From Micavibrio sp. (lineage in GTDB: Bacteria; Pseudomonadota; Alphaproteobacteria; Micavibrionales; UBA9664), in NCBI GenBank assembly GCA_002699085.1, contig PAAR01000029.1, positions 1,249 through 65,248 of the forward strand: a DNA stretch of 64,000 nt, written 5' to 3'. The position numbers and the translations under genes are program-made. The first letter of the stretch is position 1. Each line of letters starts with the position of its first letter. A model generated the notes under the pieces. It was not told the origin of the DNA, did not search any database, and saw nothing but the letters and a program-made list of their open reading frames with translations. Positions 55,929 through 63,582 of this stretch are shown one piece after another.

Positions 55929-56903
55929 TTATCCGTTCAAATCCTTTATAATCGCTGGAATGTCGCCAGGCACACCACGGATAATTTTCACTTCACCAGC
56001 GGCATTACGATAAAACATCATTGGTGTCACATCAAAACCCCACGTATTGATCGTCATTAAATTCCGATCAATCCCTTGCGTATTAACATTTCCAGACTTA
56101 CCAAGATCTTTTGCCTTACCTGTGATATAACTGTAATACAGCGTTTCCGCATCTCCAGCCACCAACATCAACGCCCCTACACGTTTTGTATCAAGCTCAA
56201 AGCCAACAGGCATAACACGCATTTCCAACATGTCATTATCTAAATATGGCTTAAACGCCAACATTGTTTCTTGGCAATGTGGGCAACCAGGATCAATCAT
56301 TGCATAAATCTCAGGCTTTGACACATCCCCAAAACTCACCCAATTAGCATTTTGTAAATCCTGCATTAATTTATCGCTCTTCGTTACTGCTTCAGCAGGC
56401 TCACGGGATGGAGACGGTGTCTTTACTACAGGTGCAGCATCTGCCGCCTTCACTTGTGAAGCAGGTGCTTCCGTATTTTGTAAATTATCTGTAATTTGTT
56501 TTGTCGCCTCAGTCGCCCGTGTCGTACGTTGACGATCTTTAATTAAGCGTGAAACTTCATTAAGCGTATCGAAACTATCTTCACCATCACGAATACGGAA
56601 ATCTTGTAGCTGTTTAAAAGTAAGGTTGTCGCCTTTTTCATTAAACATCATACCTTGAAAATATGTTTTTTGATCCTTTGTTGAGTAGGTAAACGTTGGC
56701 CTTCCCTTATCAAACACAACCCAGCCATCAAAATCTTTATACGGTCCTAAATAGCGAATTTGCGCGCCTTTTTCTTCCATAGGTTTTAATAATTCTGGTG
56801 TTTCTGGCACGACAAGCTTTTCTAATGTTGGCCATTCCTGCGATTGTACTGGCATCGCCAATAATAGAGCTAGAAAGAAACTTGCTAAAAATTTTACACG
56901 CAT
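55929..56903 (-). CDS. periplasmic thiol:disulfide interchange protein (DsbC/DsbG-like; analogous to plasmid TrbB)
   Basis: Signal peptide, thioredoxin-fold motif DPGCPHCQ and an N-terminal extra domain plus an Ala/Pro/Lys-rich linker. Confidence 0.75.
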   Translation of the reverse strand: MRVKFLASFFLALLLAMPVQSQEWPTLEKLVVPETPELLKPMEEKGAQIRYLGPYKDFDGWVVFDKGRPTFTYSTKDQKTYFQGMMFNEKGDNLTFKQLQDFRIRDGEDSFDTLNEVSRLIKDRQRTTRATEATKQITDNLQNTEAPASQVKAADAAPVVKTPSPSREPAEAVTKSDKLMQDLQNANWVSFGDVSKPEIYAMIDPGCPHCQETMLAFKPYLDNDMLEMRVMPVGFELDTKRVGALMLVAGDAETLYYSYITGKAKDLGKSGNVNTQGIDRNLMTINTWGFDVTPMMFYRNAAGEVKIIRGVPGDIPAIIKDLNG

Positions 56904-57060
56904 GGATTATATACTCCTCATTCTGATGCTTTAGAATAGAGTGGCACAGGCAGAACTTCAAGTCATGTTTTACTGGTTTTTAGCAAAACCGATTGTCCTT
57001 GAAATAGCCACAATCTTATCCCATATTATACTATATATTTTAACAAGGAGTTTACGAGAG

Positions 57061-57771
57061 ATGTCACACCCTCAAACACAAGAACAAACCCAAACACTCA
57101 GCCGCTATGATGCTGGCTTGCGTGCACATTTTGCGCGTGTTTATAAAATTATGTGCTTTGGCTTACTAATCACAGGTCTTGTATCCTTTGGTACAGCACA
57201 AGTCCCAGCACTTTTTAATGCCATTCACGGCACATTCTTAGGCATTATTGTTGCTCTATCACCTTTAGCCGTGATTTTCTTTGGACTGAGCCCAAAGCGT
57301 GTTCGTACCATGAGTAATGCTGCTGTCAGCGGCATGTTCTATCTCATGTCTGGCCTCATTGGTCTATCAATGTCGTATATATTTGCGGTTTATTCAGGCA
57401 ACTCTATTGCACGTGTATTCTTCATTACCGCAGGTATGTTTGGGACAATGTCACTATGGGGCTATACAACAAAACGTGATTTAAGTGCGATGGGCTCATT
57501 CCTGTTCATGGGTATGATCGGTCTTATTATCGCTTCTGTAGTAAACATTTTCCTGCACTCTACCATGATGCAGTTAATTGTGTCAGCAGCAGGTGTATTG
57601 ATCTTCACCTTAATGATTGCCTTTGATACCCAGCGTATCAAGGAAATGTATAATTCAATGGATAGCGAATCAGCGCTCCACAAACTGGCCGTGATGAGTG
57701 CTCTAAGTCTATACTTAGATGTCATCAATCTATTCCAGTTCTTATTACAATTCCTCGGCAACAGAAATTAA
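57061..57771 (+). CDS. Bax inhibitor-1/YccA family membrane protein
   Basis: Seven-TM pattern and the C-terminal IAFDTQRIKEMY motif. ATG 57061 with an AAGGAG RBS is preferred over the longer ORF. Confidence 0.85.
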   Translation: MSHPQTQEQTQTLSRYDAGLRAHFARVYKIMCFGLLITGLVSFGTAQVPALFNAIHGTFLGIIVALSPLAVIFFGLSPKRVRTMSNAAVSGMFYLMSGLIGLSMSYIFAVYSGNSIARVFFITAGMFGTMSLWGYTTKRDLSAMGSFLFMGMIGLIIASVVNIFLHSTMMQLIVSAAGVLIFTLMIAFDTQRIKEMYNSMDSESALHKLAVMSALSLYLDVINLFQFLLQFLGNRN

Positions 57772-57798
57772 GAACAACAACAGTATCTTTTAAGAATT

Positions 57799-57827
57799 AA
57801 AAAAGCCCCGTCATCGGGGCTTTTTTA
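57799..57827. terminator. bidirectional intrinsic terminator between convergent genes
   Basis: AAAAA-AGCCCCG-TCAT-CGGGGCT-TTTTT: a GC-rich hairpin flanked by an A-run and a T-run. Confidence 0.8.
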
Positions 57828-57829
57828 AT

Positions 57830-58915
57830 TCATGATAAAATTTTAGCTTTCAAAAAACGTGCCTCTTCTTCCCAATTATGCCTGTATTTCTCACGTTTCA
57901 ACTTATTGTTAAAGTATTGGACACTATCTCCTTGCGACTGATCAGACATAGAAAAACCATATAAATTTACGTTATTCTCAGAAAAAGAGCCTCTGATTTT
58001 CCTAAGCCAGTACAAGATCAGAAGTCCCGCACTAGGTGGATAGTCTAAAGCGACAGCTAGTTCAGAATATATTCGAGCTGGAATGCAAGCTGTTGGCACG
58101 CCTGCCTCAACTGCCTCAATAATATCTAACCCTGTTGAGTGATACCTCTTATCAGGGCCACTAAAGACAATCAAATCATAGTTTGACATGGGTCTACGCC
58201 AAATATCCATATACTTTCCTGCTCGTACCCAAATATTAGTCTTTTTGCCATAGTCTTTAGTATATTCATGCTCAATGCTATAATTATTAAACCGTATAAC
58301 AATATCATGAGAATCTATTTCATCACCTTTTCCGCTACCGATCCCTATCGGTGAGTTTCCGACAATTGCTATTGATGCATCACTCCTAGCTATAGCCTCA
58401 AATTTTCCTTCATCTCTCCGTGTTCTCTGCATAACTTTATGGCATATTTCAGCAAAAGATCCGTCGCATTGATTGGTCTTATATAAATAATCAACCAGCC
58501 CTATTGGTAAACTCGTAAAAGGTGGGGTTGCTTCATAAAGAAATCCCTGCCCTGACTCAGCGAAAATAGATGCCTGTAAGCGTTCTAGCGTAATAAGATT
58601 TTTCCAATTTCCTTTGTAAATTCTTATCAAATCTTTGGCACATGCTAAAGTTTCATGACCATGACCGTGAACGTGCCAATATTCTCTCAGTAAATATTCT
58701 GCGGCTTTTATATCGAAATAAGCAATCTTGCTCGCTTCGTTCAAATGAACAGAAATAGGCTGTGCATCATTTTTCTCTAAAAAATCTTTCCAAGAAAGAA
58801 CATAATCTTCACCCGTCTTTTTACTTAAAGCTTTTCTTTGACTGTTCTTAATAGCATCAATAAAGAACAAATGCGGTGATTCTACCAACTTTTTTAATTT
58901 TCTAGTTCTGCTCAT
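57830..58915 (-). CDS. eukaryote-like glycosyltransferase family 29 (sialyltransferase-like) protein
   Basis: Sialyl motif L-like IAIVGNSPIGIGSGKGDEIDSHDIVIRFNN, motif S-like PSAGLLILYWLRK...VNLYGFS and a C-terminal HNWEEE (VS-like). Confidence 0.7.
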   Translation of the reverse strand: MSRTRKLKKLVESPHLFFIDAIKNSQRKALSKKTGEDYVLSWKDFLEKNDAQPISVHLNEASKIAYFDIKAAEYLLREYWHVHGHGHETLACAKDLIRIYKGNWKNLITLERLQASIFAESGQGFLYEATPPFTSLPIGLVDYLYKTNQCDGSFAEICHKVMQRTRRDEGKFEAIARSDASIAIVGNSPIGIGSGKGDEIDSHDIVIRFNNYSIEHEYTKDYGKKTNIWVRAGKYMDIWRRPMSNYDLIVFSGPDKRYHSTGLDIIEAVEAGVPTACIPARIYSELAVALDYPPSAGLLILYWLRKIRGSFSENNVNLYGFSMSDQSQGDSVQYFNNKLKREKYRHNWEEEARFLKAKILS

Positions 58916-59017
58916 AATAACTTCTTTTTATTATGGAATAAAAATATACCATTTTGGGATAATCCTAGAATGGGTTTATCGCTTTCATTTGGCCTTAGCA
59001 AGAAAAAAGTTAAGAAA

Positions 59018-59248
59018 ATGAAATCAATATATAAGAAAAACTATCAGAAACTAACAGCACTTCTTGTCGCAGCACGCAAACAAACAGGTATAACACAGCA
59101 AGCTTTAGCGGAAGCCTTAAACAAACCGCAATCTTATATTGCAAAAATTGAGAACAATGAAAGACGCCTCGATATTATTGAATTTATGATGATATGCGAA
59201 GCCTTAAACATTCAATACCAGAATATATTAGAACAACTAAAGGAATGA
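59018..59248 (+). CDS. XRE-family helix-turn-helix transcriptional regulator
   Basis: HTH LVAARKQTGITQQALAEALNKPQSYIAKIENNERRLDIIEF. ATG 59018 is preferred. Confidence 0.75.
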   Translation: MKSIYKKNYQKLTALLVAARKQTGITQQALAEALNKPQSYIAKIENNERRLDIIEFMMICEALNIQYQNILEQLKE

Positions 59249-59463
59249 ACTTTTTTATCGTTAAAGCGTTGTTTGATAGAACTATTAAAGTAATACAGAA
59301 AGAAAGAGACTATATGACAGACGTTACACATATAACAGACAAGAACAATAAAGGTGAATGGCAAGTACAGAAATTATGTACGGACGTTAAAGACTATGAG
59401 CTATCAATCGAAAAGCAAAAAACAGATTGGCAATGCGAGCAACGCCGTGAAAGCTGGAAATGA
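59245..59463 (+). CDS. hypothetical small protein, ATGA-coupled to XRE regulator
   Basis: 72-aa ORF whose ATG overlaps the regulator's TGA. No motif recognised. Confidence 0.35.
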   Translation: MNFFIVKALFDRTIKVIQKERDYMTDVTHITDKNNKGEWQVQKLCTDVKDYELSIEKQKTDWQCEQRRESWK

Positions 59464-59569
59464 CGTGTCTCTTATCATGGGTCAGTCGTCGCAAGCGGCT
59501 CTGTGAATGACCCAGAACAAGCTATGGCGCAAGCACATGCAAATGTTCCTCAGAGCATCTAAAGTATTT

Positions 59570-61192
59570 TTATGAAACCGCTTTCGCTTTTTTCTTTTCT
59601 TTGCGATCTTGGCGGCGAGACTGGATTGTAAAATTACGATAATCTTCCAAATCACCCTCAAAATCCTGTACAGCACCACCTTTGACGAGCCATAGACGAT
59701 CAGCCACACGCTCCACCATATTCGGATCATGGCTCACAATAACAATCGCCCCTTTATAATTATTCAACGCTGAAACAAGTGCTTGGCGGGCATCAATATC
59801 CAAATGGTTTGTCGGCTCATCAAGCAATAATAAATGAGGTGCATCAAAACTCATAAAAGCAAACAGCAATCTGGCTTTCTCACCGCCGCTTAATGCGCCG
59901 ATACGATTATCCGCCAAATCACGAGAGAAACCGAACGCACCAAGCTTGGCACGTACAACATGCTCCTTCACGCCGTCTTTTTGTTTTTTCTGATAAAGCC
60001 GAAACATTTCTTCATAGGGCGTTGAATCGACATCCAGTTCTTCTGTTTGATGTTGAGAGAAATAGCCAATTTTCAGCTTAGTTGAGCGAAAAACATCGCC
60101 CTTCATCACGCCCAAACGATCAGCAATCAATTTCATCAAGGTTGATTTACCTTCACCATTCGCCCCTAAAAGCGCAATGCGGTCATCATTATCAATATTC
60201 TTATGGACACGTTTTAAGATTGGCTGCCCTTCGACATAGCCAATATCAGCATGATTAATTGAGAGCATTGGCGAAGCAATTTGCACAGGACCAGGAAACG
60301 TAAACTGGATCGCCCGTTCGGCAATCACCGCATCAACAATATCCATTTTCTCTAAAGCCTTCATACGGCTTTGTGCTTGACGAGCCTTACTGGCTTGCGC
60401 TTTAAAACGATCAACAAAGGCCTGCATATGGGCTCGTTCCGCCTCTTGTTTTTCATGCATCTTTTGTTGCAACCCCAGCGCCATCGTACGCTCACGCTCG
60501 AATGTATCGTAATTACCTGTATATAAAGTAAGTTGTTTTTTATCAACATGGATCACATGATCGATACATTTATTCAGCATTTCTCGGTCATGCGAGATAA
60601 TCATTAAGGTGTGCCGATATGACATTAAATATGTTTCCAGCCACATAATCGCTTCTAAATCCAAATGGTTAGTCGGTTCATCAAGAAGCAAAATTTCAGG
60701 CTCAACAAAGAGCGCCCCTGCAAGAGCAACACGCATACGCCAACCACCACTAAAAGAGGAAAATGGCTCTGATAATTGTTCTTCCGTAAAGCCTAAGCCT
60801 GTCAGCAGCATTGAGGCTTTTGACGGGGCGGTGTACGCATCCATATCGGCCAAACGCTGATATATCTCAGCAATCTTGTTGCCATCTGTTTCTGTCTCTG
60901 TTTGTTTCCACAGAGCCGCCATTTCTGTATTAGCCGCTAAAACAATATCGAGTAATGAATCATCGGTCTCTGGGATATCTTGACGTACCATGCCTAGACG
61001 TTGACCATCACTGTAACTAACGATACCGCCATCTGGTTTAAGGTCACCTGAAATGAGCTTAAACAGTGTCGACTTACCAGCACCATTATGACCGATGACA
61101 CCGACTCGCCAGCCATCCATCACAGTAATATTACCGTTTTCAATGATTGTGCGATTCCCTATTTGATAGGATAGGTCGGAGATATTCAGCAT
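59570..61192 (-). CDS. ABC-F family ATPase (two ABC domains, no TM)
   Basis: Two Walker A motifs (GHNGAGKST, GANGEGKST), two signature motifs (FSGGWRMR, LSGGEKAR) and a basic C-terminal tail. ATG 61192 is preferred. Confidence 0.9.
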   Translation of the reverse strand: MLNISDLSYQIGNRTIIENGNITVMDGWRVGVIGHNGAGKSTLFKLISGDLKPDGGIVSYSDGQRLGMVRQDIPETDDSLLDIVLAANTEMAALWKQTETETDGNKIAEIYQRLADMDAYTAPSKASMLLTGLGFTEEQLSEPFSSFSGGWRMRVALAGALFVEPEILLLDEPTNHLDLEAIMWLETYLMSYRHTLMIISHDREMLNKCIDHVIHVDKKQLTLYTGNYDTFERERTMALGLQQKMHEKQEAERAHMQAFVDRFKAQASKARQAQSRMKALEKMDIVDAVIAERAIQFTFPGPVQIASPMLSINHADIGYVEGQPILKRVHKNIDNDDRIALLGANGEGKSTLMKLIADRLGVMKGDVFRSTKLKIGYFSQHQTEELDVDSTPYEEMFRLYQKKQKDGVKEHVVRAKLGAFGFSRDLADNRIGALSGGEKARLLFAFMSFDAPHLLLLDEPTNHLDIDARQALVSALNNYKGAIVIVSHDPNMVERVADRLWLVKGGAVQDFEGDLEDYRNFTIQSRRQDRKEKKKAKAVS

Positions 61193-61397
61193 AAGCCCTT
61201 TTCTGTTAAATATGTGTGTGGTTATGGCACATACCCGCACTAAAAGGGAAGGCTTTTCTAGGAAAATTCTTTATGAAAATTAACCTAAGTAATAATTACA
61301 ATCATTATCAAGTAACCATCTTTCAAATATTATATTGTCTTGCACAAAATAAATCATTAGGCTGTGTTGATAATAAAAAAACTAAGGCAAAAAATAT

Positions 61398-61868
61398 ATG
61401 TCACAAATAATCCAGCCAAAAAATATGCTTAAAACAAAAGTAGGTGATGGCGGCTTTAAAACAGAAAGTTTAGCGAAAGCACAAAAAGCGATTGAAGAAA
61501 ATGTCGTTGATTTCGTGCCTATTGCTACAAAATATCTCGCACAAATAAAGAAATCTCTTAATGACCATGCGGGAGATAAAGCATCAAAACAACTTTATTC
61601 TGAACTTTTAGACATTTTAACACAATTAAGAGCACAGGGTTCGATGTTCCATTACCCCTCTATTACAGCCGTGACAGATACCGTAGTTGATCTATTAGAC
61701 TCTCTCAAAGCAATTGACAGCACCATTGTTGAAATCGTTCAAGTGTATGAAAAAGCGGCAATGGCGATTGTGACAATGAATATCAAGAGTGATAAAGACA
61801 AGGTTTGTGCAGCACTTGTCACTGAATTAAAAGGTGTTTGCACAAGATATAAGGCTAAAAATAGTTAG
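61398..61868 (+). CDS. hypothetical helical protein (Hpt-like, no obvious phospho-His)
   Basis: 156-aa all-helical-looking ORF 11 nt upstream of a receiver gene. The segment LTQLRAQGSMFHYP aligns loosely to the Hpt HxxKG region, with Gln at the His position. Confidence 0.5.
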   Translation: MSQIIQPKNMLKTKVGDGGFKTESLAKAQKAIEENVVDFVPIATKYLAQIKKSLNDHAGDKASKQLYSELLDILTQLRAQGSMFHYPSITAVTDTVVDLLDSLKAIDSTIVEIVQVYEKAAMAIVTMNIKSDKDKVCAALVTELKGVCTRYKAKNS

Positions 61869-61879
61869 AAGAATTTTAT

Positions 61880-62389
61880 ATGGCTTATGATTTTTCAAAG
61901 GTAAATGTTCTTGTTGTCGAATCGACTGCCGAGATGTTTAAGCTTTTTAAGAATGTTCTAGCCATGCTTGAAGTACCCGATAGAAACATTCACTCAGCCT
62001 ACTCAAAAGATGAGGGTTTCGAAAAATTTTGTTCACAGCGTCACGACATTGTGATTACAGACTGGCTAGACAACCCAGATACTGGGATAGAACTCGTTAA
62101 AAAAATTCGTACAGACGATAAATCACCCAATAAATTTGTGCCTATTATTATGACGGCTGGCTCAAGCCACTTGACCCGTGTTTTAAAATCACGTGACTCA
62201 GGGGTGTCAGAATACCTTGTTAAGCCTTTCGCCGCCGATGCATTGGCCACAAGACTCACCCGTGTTATTGAAAAACCTCGGCCCTTCGTTATTTCCAAAA
62301 CATATACAGGCCATGACCGTCGCGTCAAAACCCTACCATTCAAGGGCGAAGACCGCCGCAAAGAAAAACTCGAAATAGAATATCAGTAA
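61880..62389 (+). CDS. CheY-like receiver protein with Arg-rich C-terminal extension
   Basis: Receiver fold (VLVVES..., IVITDW, IIMTAG, LVKPF) plus a ~35-aa tail GHDRRVKTLPFKGEDRRKEK. Confidence 0.8.
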   Translation: MAYDFSKVNVLVVESTAEMFKLFKNVLAMLEVPDRNIHSAYSKDEGFEKFCSQRHDIVITDWLDNPDTGIELVKKIRTDDKSPNKFVPIIMTAGSSHLTRVLKSRDSGVSEYLVKPFAADALATRLTRVIEKPRPFVISKTYTGHDRRVKTLPFKGEDRRKEKLEIEYQ

Positions 62390-62396
62390 GACGCCA

Positions 62397-63119
62397 CTAA
62401 CGACCAAAACTATTTAAATAATAGTCCTTATTATCAGCACTTTTACGATCCAAACGCCTTGAAAACGCTTGTGATTTCTCATCACCCTCAAATGGAACAG
62501 TAACACGTATCATTGTGCGGCCCATTATATCCTGATCAAGCTCTATATCAAATAAACTGAAGACCCCTGATTCTTTTATATCAGCTCTCGATCGTTTAGC
62601 TGCAAACTCTTTACCCATACCTGATCTAAAAATTATTCCAGAACGTTTCTGTCCCAGTTTTGGCAAAGGAGAATGTTGATAAAGTTTTCGATTAAACAGA
62701 AAAGCCAGCGGTGTCGTAATGCGCCACCGTTCAGTGCGTATTGTATTCATAAATAATGTGTGCGCTTCATCTAAATCATCCGCACTCATACGGTCAAAGC
62801 CCAGTGCAATCTTTCGCCCATCTACTTCACCATGCGCTTTGCAATATACCCAGCAAGATGTCCCTGAACCCGCCTCAACAAAAAGCTTTTTAGGGGCAAA
62901 TTTTTTCAGCATATCCGTAGAATCTTTTCCATCCATTAAAGTGCGCATCATCGCTTCAGCAATCATAGACTTGCCACCACCTGACGTCCCGCCGATTGTA
63001 ATCATAGGGATTTTATCTTGATCTAAAAGCAGCTCTTTTGGTATGCATGCGGCAATCATCGCTGACAACTGAATAAGTTGCTCTCGTCCCCTCACCTCAA
63101 AATTAAATACTTTTCTCAT
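62397..63119 (-). CDS. hypothetical P-loop NTPase
   Basis: 240-aa ORF with a Walker A-like GGTSGGGKS. Nothing else recognisable. Confidence 0.45.
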   Translation of the reverse strand: MRKVFNFEVRGREQLIQLSAMIAACIPKELLLDQDKIPMITIGGTSGGGKSMIAEAMMRTLMDGKDSTDMLKKFAPKKLFVEAGSGTSCWVYCKAHGEVDGRKIALGFDRMSADDLDEAHTLFMNTIRTERWRITTPLAFLFNRKLYQHSPLPKLGQKRSGIIFRSGMGKEFAAKRSRADIKESGVFSLFDIELDQDIMGRTMIRVTVPFEGDEKSQAFSRRLDRKSADNKDYYLNSFGR

Positions 63120-63213
63120 TACTACAAACGACCTCTACTCAAAGTCATTGTATCAAATAGCTTCTTAAAATATTCTTAACTATGTCAATAAATACAAATA
63201 AATATTTAGATAC

Positions 63214-63289
63214 TGGTGGACCCGATCAGTCTCGAACTGACGACCTCTTCACTGCCAGCGAAGCGCTCTACCAACTGAGCTACGGGCCC
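63214..63289 (-). tRNA. tRNA-Ala (anticodon GGC)
   Basis: The reverse complement GGGCCCGTAGCTCAGTTGGTAGAGCGCTTCGCTGGCAGTGAAGAGGTCGTCAGTTCGAGACTGATCGGGTCCACCA folds as a 76-nt cloverleaf. Anticodon loop CTGGCAG, G3:U70 alanine identity pair, encoded CCA. Confidence 0.92.
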
Positions 63290-63582
63290 GTACATGAAAT
63301 ATGTATGCCTATTTTTATTAATAGAGGCTATTTAGAAAGTAAAGTCCCTATCGTTAAAGATTTTAATTGTGCTTTTTAGCAAAGCTGTATATCGTCATTT
63401 TTAAGGAATTCTCTTTGAGAGTTGGGTCGGCTGATCTCGCCGTAGCGAATAAATCCCAGCTTTATAAGGAGCATTAAAGAATTAACACGCTGCCTCAAAG
63501 GTTTTTCGTGTTTATAGAGCCGTATTTTTAATTTTGCCTATAAACAAACTTTTCTGGCGCGATACATAAGGAGAATTGAGCA
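63290..63582 (+). promoter_or_regulatory. putative promoter and long 5' leader of rne
   Basis: ~290-nt non-coding region ending in an AAGGAG RBS 9 nt before the ATG. A regulatory role is inferred by analogy with rne leaders. Confidence 0.35.

Noticed and set aside
21428-63289. The idea that the whole T4BSS/pilus region is an ICE or integrated IncI plasmid inserted at the tRNA-Ala gene.
   Set aside because: No integrase, relaxase, oriT-like nick region or flanking direct repeat was seen. About 6 kb of ordinary genes (BI-1, ABC-F, regulators) separate the locus from the tRNA. Composition looks uniform by eye. Mobility cannot be excluded without the rest of the genome.
63182-63379. A 65-aa plus-strand ORF overlapping the tRNA.
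   Set aside because: It is the antisense reading of tRNA-Ala plus flanking AT-rich spacer. The tRNA cloverleaf explains the sequence.
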